A stretch of 32,000 nt of DNA, from NCBI RefSeq assembly GCF_017876815.1, contig NZ_JAGIOS010000003.1:120001-152000 (forward strand), read 5' to 3'. This DNA is from Sinorhizobium meliloti. GTDB taxonomy: Bacteria; Pseudomonadota; Alphaproteobacteria; Rhizobiales; Rhizobiaceae. A program made the translations under genes and the position numbers. The notes under the pieces were generated by a model. That model was given only the letters and a program-made list of their open reading frames with translations. It was not told where the DNA came from and did not search any database. Positions within the stretch are counted from its first letter, which is position 1. Each line of letters begins with the position of its first letter. Shown here in pieces: positions 8,146-17,404 of the stretch.

Positions 8146-9189
8146 TCAGTCGAGCGCGGCGAGCACTGCCGCGGTGATGGATCGGGTCCTGTCTTTTCCC
8201 GAAACGGTGCCGATGCCGCGGATGGTCGTGCGTTCGAGCGCGGCCATGATCATCCCCGCGGCCTCTCTTTCTCCAAGATGCTCGAGCATCATCGCGCCGG
8301 ACCAGATGGCGGCGATGGGGTTGGCGATGCCGAGATGGGCGATATCCGGGGCCGAACCGTGCACCGGCTCGAACATGGAGGGGGCGCTTCTGTCCGGATT
8401 GATGTTGGCGGAAGCGGCAAAGCCCAAACCGCCCTGTATGGCGGCGCCGAGATCGGTGAGGATGTCTCCGAAGAGGTTCGAGGCGACAACGACATCGAGG
8501 CTTTCGGGCGCCATCACGACGCGCGCGGCCATGGCATCAATGTGATAGCTCGTCACCTCGACGTCCGGATACTCGGCAGCGAGCTGTCGCGTGACCTCAT
8601 CCCAGAACACCATCGAGTGTTTCTGGGCGTTCGATTTGGTCACCGAGGCGAGCTTGCCGCGTCGCTGACGTGCCTGCTCGAAGGCGAAGCGCAGGATCCG
8701 TTCGACACCCGCGCGGGTGAAGATTGAGGTCTCGACCGCCACCTCGTCCGCCGTGCCCTGATGGACGCGACCGCCGGCGCCGGAATATTCGCCCTCGGTA
8801 TTCTCGCGGACGCAGAGGATATCGAAGTCGCTCGCCTTCAGCGGTCCTTCGACGCCCGACAGCAGTCTATGCGGCCGGATATTCGCATATTGCACGAAGG
8901 CCTTGCGGATTGGCAGCAGCAGGCCGTGCAGCGAGATGGAATCCGGCACCTCCGCGGGCCAGCCGACAGAGCCGAGCAGGATGGCGTCGAAAGGGCGCAG
9001 CGCTTCGATGCCGTCCGCCGGCATCATCGCGCCGGTCTCCTTATAGAAGGCGCAGGACCAGGGAAAAGACGTACCGGTTAACGTGAAGCCGGAATGCCTG
9101 GCGACGGTGGAAAGGACCTGCCAGGCGGCATCCGTCACTTCCTGGCCGATCCCGTCGCCGGGGATGAGTGCGATCGAATAGGATTTCAT
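8146..9189 (-). CDS. Tartrate dehydrogenase/decarboxylase (D-malate dehydrogenase) family, isocitrate/isopropylmalate dehydrogenase fold
   Basis: The protein has IPGDGIGQEV, VRENTEGEYSG, VTKSNAQ, NLFGDILTDL and FEPVHGSAPDIAH.GIANPIA, and resembles tartrate dehydrogenase over its whole length. Its start lies 9 nt after the upstream ALDH stop. Confidence 0.85.
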   Translation of the reverse strand: MKSYSIALIPGDGIGQEVTDAAWQVLSTVARHSGFTLTGTSFPWSCAFYKETGAMMPADGIEALRPFDAILLGSVGWPAEVPDSISLHGLLLPIRKAFVQYANIRPHRLLSGVEGPLKASDFDILCVRENTEGEYSGAGGRVHQGTADEVAVETSIFTRAGVERILRFAFEQARQRRGKLASVTKSNAQKHSMVFWDEVTRQLAAEYPDVEVTSYHIDAMAARVVMAPESLDVVVASNLFGDILTDLGAAIQGGLGFAASANINPDRSAPSMFEPVHGSAPDIAHLGIANPIAAIWSGAMMLEHLGEREAAGMIMAALERTTIRGIGTVSGKDRTRSITAAVLAALD

Positions 9190-9198
9190 TGCTTTCCC

Positions 9199-10662
9199 CT
9201 AGAGGCTGATGAGCACGCTCTTGCTCTTGCGGTTGGCGTGGTAAGCCTCGCGGCCAAGATCCCTGCCGATGCCGGAGCGCTTGTAGCCGCCGGTCGGCAG
9301 GATGTGGTCGCGAGAGCGGCTGTAGCGGTTGACCCAGACGGTTCCGGCCTGGAGTCTTCGCGTCAGCCCCAGGGCGCGCGACAGGTCGCGGGTGAAGAGG
9401 CCGGCGGCAAGGCCGTAGGTCGGGTGATCGGCGAGCGCGAGCGCCTCCTCTTCGTCGGCGAAGGTCTGCATGGTGAGCACCGGGCCGAAGATTTCCTCGG
9501 TAATCGCCGGCGAGGAGCTGTCGCGTACGGCCATCAGCGTCGGCTGATAGAAATAGCCCGGCGCATCCATTTGGGCGCCACCGAACAGGCATTCGCCGCC
9601 CGCCTCGACGGCCGCCTCGACGATGCCGTGGATGCGGTTCAACTGGCGCTTCGAGATGATGGGCGAGTATTCGCTCGTCTCGTCCCAGGTCGGGCCCGGC
9701 TTCGCAGCCTCCATGCGCGTGACGATCGCTTCGGCGAGGGGAGCGGCAATGCATTCTTCGACGATCAGCCGGGAGCCAGCGACGCAGGCCTGGCCGGCAT
9801 TCGAAAGCATGCTCTGCGCGATCGCCGCCGCCGCGTTGTCGAGATCGGCATCGGCGAAGACCAGTTGTGGGCTTTTTCCCCCGAGTTCCAGCGTCATCGG
9901 CTTAATGCCGGTGCGGGCGACGTTGGCCATGATAGCGGTCCCCGCGCCGGTCGAGCCGGTGAAGCTCACCTTAGCGATATCCGGGTGTCCGGTCATGGCC
10001 GTGCCGGTGACGGGGCCGTCGCCCAGAACGACGTTGATGAGGCCGGCCGGCAGACCGGCCCGGATCGCGAGCTCCGCAAGGTAGACAGTCGAGAACGGCG
10101 TCATTTCCGAGGGTTTCAGCACCACCGCATTGCCTGCCGCGAGTGCGGGGCCGAGCTTCCAGGCGGCCATGGAAACGGGAAAGTTCCAGGGCGTGATGGC
10201 ACCGACGACGCCATAGGGCTCGGTCATGATCATGCCGAGATTGCTGTCGTCGGTTGGCACGAGATCGCTTCCCTCCTTGTCGGCGAATTCGGCGAAGAAA
10301 CGGATCTGTTCGGCGCTGACCGCAATGTCGCCGGCGACGAGATGACCAACGGGCCGGGTTGAGGAAAGCGCCTCGAGCTTGGCGAGGGTTTCCGCCTCGC
10401 TTTCGATCAGGTCTGCCCAGCGCTGCAGCACGACTGTTCGCTCGCGCGGCCGCACGCCGCTCCAGTTGCTCGCCTTGAGCGCCTTCTTGGCGGTTTCGAC
10501 GGCGCGATCGACGAGCACCTCATCCGCAAGCGGGCAGCCTGCATAAGACTTGCCATCGGAGGGGCGATGCATGTCGATGATGCCTTCGGCCGGCACCAGC
10601 CGACCGTCGATGAAGTGGCCGACGGGCAGGGGAAGTGTGTCTGGATCAAAGCTGAGTGTCAT
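9199..10662 (-). CDS. NAD(P)+-dependent aldehyde dehydrogenase
   Basis: The protein has ITPWNFPVSMAAWKLGPALAAGN, LELGGKSP (catalytic Glu), GQACVAGSR (catalytic Cys) and EEIFGPV. The ATG at 10662 (MTLSFDPD) has GAGGA about 7 nt upstream. The track start at 10773 adds an implausible leader. Confidence 0.88.
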   Translation of the reverse strand: MTLSFDPDTLPLPVGHFIDGRLVPAEGIIDMHRPSDGKSYAGCPLADEVLVDRAVETAKKALKASNWSGVRPRERTVVLQRWADLIESEAETLAKLEALSSTRPVGHLVAGDIAVSAEQIRFFAEFADKEGSDLVPTDDSNLGMIMTEPYGVVGAITPWNFPVSMAAWKLGPALAAGNAVVLKPSEMTPFSTVYLAELAIRAGLPAGLINVVLGDGPVTGTAMTGHPDIAKVSFTGSTGAGTAIMANVARTGIKPMTLELGGKSPQLVFADADLDNAAAAIAQSMLSNAGQACVAGSRLIVEECIAAPLAEAIVTRMEAAKPGPTWDETSEYSPIISKRQLNRIHGIVEAAVEAGGECLFGGAQMDAPGYFYQPTLMAVRDSSSPAITEEIFGPVLTMQTFADEEEALALADHPTYGLAAGLFTRDLSRALGLTRRLQAGTVWVNRYSRSRDHILPTGGYKRSGIGRDLGREAYHANRKSKSVLISL

Positions 10663-10994
10663 CGCGTATCCTCGGTATCGGCTTGAACTCAAAGCTACTG
10701 GAGGAACGCGAGCAGCATGCATCGACTGGAGATGCCGGCACGGTGGAAAATTACGTTTTTGGCGGCACGACAACCAAATCTTCGGCAGTCATTATGGCGC
10801 CTGCCGTGCGACGCGTCGGCAAGGTGTGGGAGGCGATCCGAGGAGGGCGGCGGACAGACGTCAGATAGTCAAGCGGAGACGGCGCGGTCGGTGATGGCAC
10901 GCCCGAGAACCAGAGAGCGTGCCATCTTCAGCATGAAGGTAGAGAGAATGCTCTTGCGCGACCTCTGAGGCGACCGGGTCGCGCGGCCTCGGCG

Positions 10995-11348
10995 TCACAT
11001 CACGGTCACGTAGATCTTGCGGACCGTCTCGATTGTCTTCCAGATGCCGACGAAGCCCGGCTTCATGACGAAGCTGTCGCCGCTCTTGTAAACGACCGGC
11101 TTCCCGTTCTCCGGCGTGAGTTCGACGACTCCGGAAAGAATATGGCAGAACTCGAAGGTCTCCCCCTTGACCGAGCGCGTCTCGCCGGGGGACGCTTCCC
11201 AGACGCCGGTTTGGATCATTTCCCCGCGTGCGACGTCCTGTGCCCAGGTCTTGAAGGCAGGATTGCCGGAGATCAGACGTTCGGGGAGCGGGCTGGACTC
11301 GCGCGGCGCGAAAGAAGGGTTGGTCTCGATGGTTTTCAAGAGCGACAT
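10995..11348 (-). CDS. Small cupin-domain protein (DUF861/EutQ-like cupin_3)
   Basis: At 117 aa it has the typical ...GVWE.SPG......GETFEFCHILSGVVELT..NG......GDSFVMKPGF.G.W...ETVRKIYV pattern. AGGAAAGGAAA lies upstream of the ATG. Confidence 0.75.
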   Translation of the reverse strand: MSLLKTIETNPSFAPRESSPLPERLISGNPAFKTWAQDVARGEMIQTGVWEASPGETRSVKGETFEFCHILSGVVELTPENGKPVVYKSGDSFVMKPGFVGIWKTIETVRKIYVTVM

Positions 11349-11438
11349 GGTTTTCCTTTCCTGGGTTTAGAACTTGATGCATGCCGCCCAGCGGGTACAG
11401 GACAACCGGCATATGGCTTCGATCTGGTTCGACGCGCC

Positions 11439-12362
11439 TCAGTAGCCGCGGCGACGGTCGACCAGCCCGATCGGCTCGAGACCTTGCCGGTGCCGTTTGA
11501 TATTCTCGATCACGGCTCTGGCGGCGGTTTCCGGCTGGGTGACGCTCGCGATGTGCGGCGTCAGCAGGATCTTCGGGTGGGTCCAGAAGCGATGACCAGA
11601 AGGAAGCGGTTCGGGGTCGGTCACATCGACCATGGCGCCGGAGAGATGGCCTTTATCGAGTCCCTCGACAAGTGCGTCGTGATCGAGTTGAGGGCCGCGG
11701 CCGACATGGACGAGTGCTGCACCGGCCGGGAGCCGAGCAAAGAGTTGGGCATTAAGGAAGCCGCGCGTCTCGTCGGTGAGCGGCAGGAGGCAGACGAGAA
11801 TGTCGGTCGAGCCCAGCAAAGTGTCGAGACCGTTCCGGCCGCTTAGGCACCTCACGCCTTCGATTTCATGCGGGCTGTGGCTCCAGCCAGAGAGCGGAAA
11901 GCCGAAAGGCTTCAGCCGATCGAGTACCGCAGTTCCGAGCATGCCGAGCCCGAGCACGCCGACGCGGCGTTCGACCGCCTGGACCGGGGCAATGGCCTGC
12001 CAATTTTCGCCTTGCTGCTGCTCGAGATAGGCCGGCAGGTTGCGGTGATGCGCGAGCACGGCAAGTGTCACATATTCCTGCATCATCCGAACGATGCCGT
12101 CCTCGACCATGCGCACTACCCGCACATGCGGCGGCACCGCGTCGATGCGGAACTGGTCGACGCCGGCGCCGATCGAGAAGAGGATTTCGAGGCTGCGATA
12201 GCGTGCGAGATTGTCCGGCACCGTCCAGGTGATCAGGTACCGCACGGCATCGGGATCCACCGCTGCGGGATCCACGGCAAAAGGAATGTCGGGCAGCTCG
12301 CGCGCGAATGTTTCGGCGAAAATCGCGCCGCGCTTCGCATCGGAGTTGAAGAGGAAGGCCAT
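11439..12362 (-). CDS. D-isomer-specific 2-hydroxyacid dehydrogenase (glyoxylate/hydroxypyruvate reductase A-like)
   Basis: It has an NAD fold [10 protein letters not shown] and the catalytic-region motifs [11 protein letters not shown] and [12 protein letters not shown]. The ATG at 12362 (MAFLFNSD) has AAGGAG 7 nt upstream, and that SD overlaps the stop of the preceding deacylase gene. Confidence 0.85.
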   Translation of the reverse strand: MAFLFNSDAKRGAIFAETFARELPDIPFAVDPAAVDPDAVRYLITWTVPDNLARYRSLEILFSIGAGVDQFRIDAVPPHVRVVRMVEDGIVRMMQEYVTLAVLAHHRNLPAYLEQQQGENWQAIAPVQAVERRVGVLGLGMLGTAVLDRLKPFGFPLSGWSHSPHEIEGVRCLSGRNGLDTLLGSTDILVCLLPLTDETRGFLNAQLFARLPAGAALVHVGRGPQLDHDALVEGLDKGHLSGAMVDVTDPEPLPSGHRFWTHPKILLTPHIASVTQPETAARAVIENIKRHRQGLEPIGLVDRRRGY

Positions 12363-12373
12363 GGCGCGTCTCC

Positions 12374-13498
12374 TTACGCTGTGCAGCGGGCGCCGAGCGC
12401 CTCGACCATCGCCCGACATGCCATGAGCTCATCGATGAGGATGTATTCGTCTGGCTTGTGGGCGCGCCCAATGTCACCGGGGCCGCAGATGATCGCGTCG
12501 ATGCCGGCCCGTTGGAAAAGGCCCGCCTCGGTGCCGTAGCTGACGGCGGGGAGAGCTTCGCGGCCAGTCAACTCCTCGAGCAGGGCCGCCAGCGGAGCGT
12601 GAGGTTCAAGCGAAAGCGCCGGATAGGCACTGAGTTCCTGCCACTCCACCTCGAAGCCTAGTGTCGTCAACGCCTCGGCGGTCTTTCGCACCGGCGCCAG
12701 CAGCTCTGCCGGGTCGACGCCGGAAATCGCTCGGGCCTCGAACTCGACCTCGCAGCTGTCCGGAATGATGTTGACCGCCTGACCGCCCTTTACCGTTCCG
12801 ATCTGGAGGGAGGAGTAGGGCGGTTCGAAGACATGCTCGAAGGGGCCGCCGACCAGCCGGTCGGCTTCCGCGACCGCCTGGGTCAGCACGCCTGCTACGC
12901 CGTGTATCGCATTCAGCCCCTGATCCGGGCGCGAAGAATGCCCGGAACGCCCCCTGACCGTCAGCCGTGCCGCCGCCTTGCCCTTGTGGGCACGGATCGC
13001 GCGCATGCCGGTCGGCTCGCCGATGATCGCGCCGAGCGGCTGGCGGCAAAGTTCCGGCAGGCGTGCGATCATGTGTGGTACGCCGCGGCAGCCTGCCTCC
13101 TCATCATAGGACAAGGCGAGGTGCAGCGGCCGACGAAGCGGCATTGCCGCAAGCTTCGGAACGGCTGCGAGAACGGCCGCAAGGAAACCCTTCATGTCGG
13201 TGGTGCCGCGGCCATAGAGCCGGTCCGCCTCGACGCGAAGGCGGAAGGGATCGCTCGTCCAGCCGGTCTCCGCCGCCGGAACGACGTCCATATGGCCGGA
13301 GATAATATAGCCACGCGCCTCTTTTGGCCCGATGGTGGCGAAGATGTTGGACCGATCGCCCTCCGGACCGGGAAGGACATCCACTGCGATGCCGTGGCTT
13401 TCCAAATAGCCGCGGATCCAGGACACGACGTCGTTGTTAGGTAGCCCCACGACGGAGCGAAAGCCGACGAGCTTCCCTAGTATTTCCGCTGCCTGCAT
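12374..13498 (-). CDS. M20-family metallo-deacylase, acetylornithine deacetylase (ArgE)-like
   Basis: The protein has [28 protein letters not shown], a dimerisation-domain block ([20 protein letters not shown]) and a C-terminal [19 protein letters not shown] lies 5 nt upstream of the ATG. Confidence 0.85.
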   Translation of the reverse strand: MQAAEILGKLVGFRSVVGLPNNDVVSWIRGYLESHGIAVDVLPGPEGDRSNIFATIGPKEARGYIISGHMDVVPAAETGWTSDPFRLRVEADRLYGRGTTDMKGFLAAVLAAVPKLAAMPLRRPLHLALSYDEEAGCRGVPHMIARLPELCRQPLGAIIGEPTGMRAIRAHKGKAAARLTVRGRSGHSSRPDQGLNAIHGVAGVLTQAVAEADRLVGGPFEHVFEPPYSSLQIGTVKGGQAVNIIPDSCEVEFEARAISGVDPAELLAPVRKTAEALTTLGFEVEWQELSAYPALSLEPHAPLAALLEELTGREALPAVSYGTEAGLFQRAGIDAIICGPGDIGRAHKPDEYILIDELMACRAMVEALGARCTA

Positions 13499-13808
13499 TG
13501 GTGTCCTCGCAACATGCCCGGCTTGTCAATATCTGCCGTCGATCATGCGTCCGCAACGAAAGGTTTGTATCGCGTCGCCATGCATGAGATGACGGGCAAG
13601 CGACCGCTATCTCGCTTCTCCTAGATAGCTTAGAAGCCTGCGAACGATTTACATGCCGAAAGCGCATCGAATTCGGAGGATTGTTGTGCGCGCAATGCGC
13701 TCTCGAGCGAAACCTGTCGAGCGGCGGGCTTTATTGTGAACAATTGAAAAGCTTTCGCCGTTGCCTGGCCGGAACTGAATTGGTGAAGACGAGACGAAAG
13801 CAAAAGCA

Positions 13809-14717
13809 ATGGCAGGGAGGCAAGTGGTGGACGCACCGGCATCCGAATCCAAGTTGATCGACAGCTTCAAAATGCACGTGGCTACAATTGAGAGCGCCAA
13901 TCTCGAGCAGTTGCATGCCTTGTCCGTTTCCGTCGGTTGGCCTCTCCGCTCCGAGGACTTGCAGTTTCTGCGCGACTGCGGCCGCGGCTATGTCGCACAC
14001 GACGACATTGGCAGGCTAACAGGTTCGGCCATGTGGTTCCCACATGGCGACGATTTCGCCACCATAGGCATGGTGATCACTTCCCCGCGTCTGCAGTCAA
14101 ACGGCACCGCACGCTGGCTCATGGAACACGTGCTTTGGGATTGCTGCGGACGCAATCTCAGACTCAATGCAACGAGGGCCTCCCGCCGGCTCTATCATTC
14201 GCTCGATTTCCAGCCCATGCGGACCATATACCAATGCCAGGGCATCGTCCGCCAGGCCGACTCGACCGCAACGACGGAGCAGCCACCGGTCAGGCGACTG
14301 GAAGGCGAGGACCTTGCCGCCGTCGCTGAGCTGGATGCAGGGGCATTCGGCGTTTCGCGGACGACTCTGATCGGCAAACTCTTCGCGCAATCGGTCGGTT
14401 ACGGCCTATTTCGTGGCGGTCGGCTGGAGGCTTTCGCGCTTTGTCGTCCTTTTGGCAGGGGCCATGTTATCGGCCCGGTCGTTGCAGACTCTGATGCCGA
14501 CGCCCTCGCAGTGATCCGACGGCATGTCGCCGCACACGAAAACCAGTTTCTGAGGCTGGACACCCCGGTCGAGACCGGCCCTTTCGCGACATTTCTCTCC
14601 CAGTCCGGCCTGGCCGTGTTCGATACGGTGCTCGCAATGTCGCGTCGGGGCAAAGGCCGCGCCGACGTGGTACCAGGGTCGAACCTCTACGGCTTGGCAA
14701 GTCACGCCCTCGGCTGA
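13809..14717 (+). CDS. GNAT-family N-acyltransferase with a C-terminal YitH-like domain (paralog of 3278..4114)
   Basis: It aligns end to end with the other GNAT, for example FGRGHVIGPVVADSDADA / FGRGEVIGPVVAADLDNA, and both end in A-x-x-ALG. It carries a Q-x-x-G-x-A motif (LQSNGTARWLM). The start is uncertain: ATG 13809, in-frame GTG 13827 (GGGAGG 6 nt upstream) or ATG 13872 (best match to the paralog N-terminus). Confidence 0.75.
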   Translation: MAGRQVVDAPASESKLIDSFKMHVATIESANLEQLHALSVSVGWPLRSEDLQFLRDCGRGYVAHDDIGRLTGSAMWFPHGDDFATIGMVITSPRLQSNGTARWLMEHVLWDCCGRNLRLNATRASRRLYHSLDFQPMRTIYQCQGIVRQADSTATTEQPPVRRLEGEDLAAVAELDAGAFGVSRTTLIGKLFAQSVGYGLFRGGRLEAFALCRPFGRGHVIGPVVADSDADALAVIRRHVAAHENQFLRLDTPVETGPFATFLSQSGLAVFDTVLAMSRRGKGRADVVPGSNLYGLASHALG

Positions 14718-14911
14718 GCCTTTACGGTCTCCGCGATTGGGAACGCAGACGCGAAGAGCGGCTTTGGGGGCAGTACCCGGACATTCCAAGCGGTGTCGTT
14801 AATCGGCCAACCAGCGACCTATCCGCCGGTGATAGGTGCGCGACAGCTCAACAGAACTTCGCGGTAGCGTGCAATCCCATATCGGTGCGGCGCGCGGCAC
14901 CCGTTGTGCAT

Positions 14912-16222
14912 TCAGCCGCGCTCCGCCTTGCCCGTCACGCGCCAGATCACATCGCCGACATCGTCCGCCACCAACAGGGAGCCGTCAGGGCCGATGGCAA
15001 CTCCAACCGGCCGTCCATAGGACGCTCGCTCGTCGGGTGAAAGGAAACCCGTCAGAATGTCACGCGCCGGCCCGGCCGGGCGTCCATTCACGAATGGCAC
15101 GAAGACAACCTTGTAGCCGCTCAGTGTGCTGCGGTTCCAAGAACCATGCTGGCCGATGACCATGCCCTCCGAAAAGCCGGGCAGAATGCCTGCGGGAAGC
15201 CAGCAAAGGCCAAGTGATGCAGTGTGTCCACCCAAGGCATAGTCCGGTGTTATAGCGGTTGCGACCATCGCCGGGTCCTGAGGCACCCGGTCGTCGACGA
15301 TCTGCCCCCAATAGCAATAGGGCCATCCATAGAAGCCGCCGTCGCGCACTGATGTCAGATAGTCGGGAGGCGTCTCGTCGCCCAAGCCATCGCGCTCATT
15401 AACCACCGTCCAGAGTGCACCTGTTGTTGGCTCCCACGCCATGCCCACGGGGTTGCGCAAGCCGGAGGCAAATATGCGGTGCTCACCACTCTTGAGGTCA
15501 AGCTCGTGGATAGCGGCCCGTCCTTCCTCGACCGCCATTCCGCGCTCGCCTATGTTGCTGAGCGAACCGACGCCGATAAAGAGCTTTTGTCCATCGCGAC
15601 TCGCAAGCAGACTTCGCGTCCAATGCCCGCCGGCCTTGAGGTCAGCCAGCTTTCGTCCGGTCGTGCTGATACGCGTGTCGCCCGTTCTATACGGGAACGC
15701 AACCACCCCATCTGTGTTGCAGACGTACAGCGTATCGCCCAGCAACGCCATGCCGAACGGCTGACGGAGTCCGTCGAGAAATACCGGGCGCACTTCGGCC
15801 ACGCCGTCGCCATCGGCATCACGCAACAGCGTGATGCGATTTGGACTTGCGCCCACGGCGGCCGCGCGCTTCATCGTGCTGAACACGGCGTAGTCGAAGG
15901 CGGATTTGATGCCCCCCGGCTCGCTCAGTGCCTCAGCGACCAGTACGTCGCCATTCGGCAGCACATGAATCCACCGCGGATGTTTGAGCCCGGCCGCAAA
16001 TGCGTTCACCTTGAGCCCGGCCGCCGCAGTAGGCATCTGCTCCGCGGCCCATCCCTTGGCTGTCGGCATCTTCAGTGTCGGAATACCCTGCGGCTTGGCT
16101 TTCGGGATTTTCGGGGTACTGCCATAAGCTGGTTCCAGAGAATCGCTGTCCTGGCGCCGCAAAAGGATAGCCGCAGCGCCGATCAGCGCGACCACACGAC
16201 CGAAAATATCTGACAGACCCAT
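14912..16222 (-). CDS. PQQ-dependent sugar (glucose/sorbosone) dehydrogenase, beta-propeller, N-terminal membrane anchor
   Basis: The protein shows ...HPRWIHVLPNGDVLVAE, LLRDADGDG, PFGMALLGDTLYV, GHWTRSL, LRNPVGMAWEP.TGALW..VNERDGLGD..PPDY, GGFYGWPYCY and GRPVGVAIGPDGSLLVADD. The ATG at 16222 is preceded by GGAGG and followed by the hydrophobic helix IFGRVVALIGAAAILL. An upstream ATG at 16297 also has GGAGG 5 nt upstream. Confidence 0.85.
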   Translation of the reverse strand: MGLSDIFGRVVALIGAAAILLRRQDSDSLEPAYGSTPKIPKAKPQGIPTLKMPTAKGWAAEQMPTAAAGLKVNAFAAGLKHPRWIHVLPNGDVLVAEALSEPGGIKSAFDYAVFSTMKRAAAVGASPNRITLLRDADGDGVAEVRPVFLDGLRQPFGMALLGDTLYVCNTDGVVAFPYRTGDTRISTTGRKLADLKAGGHWTRSLLASRDGQKLFIGVGSLSNIGERGMAVEEGRAAIHELDLKSGEHRIFASGLRNPVGMAWEPTTGALWTVVNERDGLGDETPPDYLTSVRDGGFYGWPYCYWGQIVDDRVPQDPAMVATAITPDYALGGHTASLGLCWLPAGILPGFSEGMVIGQHGSWNRSTLSGYKVVFVPFVNGRPAGPARDILTGFLSPDERASYGRPVGVAIGPDGSLLVADDVGDVIWRVTGKAERG

Positions 16223-16504
16223 GTGCCCTCCTAATCCTGATGTGCACGCTACCCGAAGCGCCTGCCGGTTAGTATCCTTAAACGGCATTGCTTTCATGGC
16301 GACCTCCCTGGGTGGGAAGCGCGCTACACCCGCTTGGCAGTTGGTGACAAAGATCTTGACTGGCTCCGGTTCGGCGGAGAGAGGGGCAAACTCAGGCGAT
16401 GGCAGCCGTTCGCCACGAGCCTCGCGCCTGGCTTGTTCCCTTTCTGTGCTAAAGGATCGCATAACGAAGCGATTGGAGCCCACCAGCTGTATGCACGCTC
16501 AATG

Positions 16505-16841
16505 CTAGCTGCCCGCGCTGTCGCTGAGAACGTCCATGTACGCGCGATAAACGAACACCCGGCCTCGGCGTCGCCGGGGCTTCTTCGACGATTCCAAGGT
16601 TCTGTAGCTGGTCTAGCGCTGCGTTCACAGTTGGAACTGTGAGACCGCTCCGTTTAGACGCCGACATCGACGAGCCGCCATTCTACTCGCGCAATTGTTC
16701 GCCGTGCAGGGACCCGGACGCAAGCGGTCGACCAGAGCCGAACCCTGATTGCTTTGCGTGTTTTGCCAGATCTTCACCAGCATGGCCGTGAAAATACATG
16801 AACTCGAGGCCTGCCCCGGCTCCGGCGAGCACCAGCGACAT
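16505..16841 (-). pseudogene. Remnant of a Fic/DOC-family protein (C-terminal winged-helix part); in-frame stop plus frameshift
   Basis: The ORF 16449..16667 reads SKRSGLTVPTVNAALDQLQNLGIVEE and then loses sense. Shifting one base gives KKPRRRRGRVFVYRAYMDVLSDSAGS-stop (stop at 16505-16507), which is the usual Fic C-terminal ending. An in-frame TAG at 16683-16685 interrupts the upstream continuation. No HPFxxGNGR core is present. The upstream extent is uncertain. Confidence 0.5.
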
Positions 16842-16856
16842 CGGAAAGCGCGTCTA

Positions 16857-17402
16857 TTACGTCAGGAACGCGTGCAATGCTTCCAATTCCTCCGGTCGGA
16901 TCTCATGTCCGCCGGAATGGTAACATGCCTCGACGCGGGCCTTCTGTGCCGCGAAGTAGTCGGCCAGCCGCGCTGAGAGGGGGAGCGGGCAGATCGGGTC
17001 GCGTTGCCCCGCGGTGATCAGGATTGGTCGATCTTTCAACTGCTCGCTGTTCGGGGGGATCCATGGAATGAGTGGATGCAGCAGGGCAGCTCGGTCGAAA
17101 AGGCCGGCATTCTTGAACAAAACGGACGCAAGGATGGTTGCCCCGTTCGAATAGCCGAGCCCGTATATTGGCCGCCCCGGATTTGCTGCTTTGTGGGCGG
17201 CAATGAATCTGGCCATCTTTTCTGTTCGCAAGGTCAGGTCCTCCATGTCGTAGGAGCCTTCGCTCGTCCGACGAAAGAAGCGCAGCGCGCCAAATTCCGA
17301 CACGTCCCCTCGCGGCGAAATAACTCCGGCATCCGGCAGGATGAGATCGTCATCGTGGTCTTCTCCGTCGGGCTGGACGCGAACTGCTGCGGCCCCGAAG
17401 TT
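16857..17402 (-). pseudogene. Phospholipase/carboxylesterase-family alpha/beta hydrolase (MhqD-like), N-terminus eroded; the track ORF 16857..17303 is the surviving part
   Basis: The Ser (GYSNGA), Asp (GQRDPI) and His (SGGHEI) triad regions are present. The same frame continues upstream as ...AAAVRVQPDGEDHDDDLILPDAGVISPRGDVSEFGALRFF with no ATG/GTG/TTG back to the stop at 17502-17504. The expected HGxGG oxyanion loop reads QPDGE, and several residues appear deleted. The GTG at 17303 would give only a 148-aa product. Confidence 0.5.
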
Positions 17403-17404
17403 GG

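Noticed and set aside
6675-8177. A 500-aa plus-strand ORF, and similar long ORFs: 1941..2945 +, 3374..4147 +, 9094..10362 +, 11142..11846 +, 11868..12539 +, 12833..13444 +, 15479..16213 +, 23775..24665 -, 24834..25691 -, 26472..27329 -
   Set aside because: Each lies antisense to a gene with strong family signatures. Their products are Arg/Ala/Gly/Pro-rich with no recognisable motifs. Stop-poor antisense frames are expected in high-GC DNA.
14817-14837. A small hairpin ACCTATC-N7-GATAGGT between the convergent GNAT and PQQ-dehydrogenase genes
   Set aside because: The stem is short and AT-containing with no U-tract on either strand, so it is insufficient to call a terminator.
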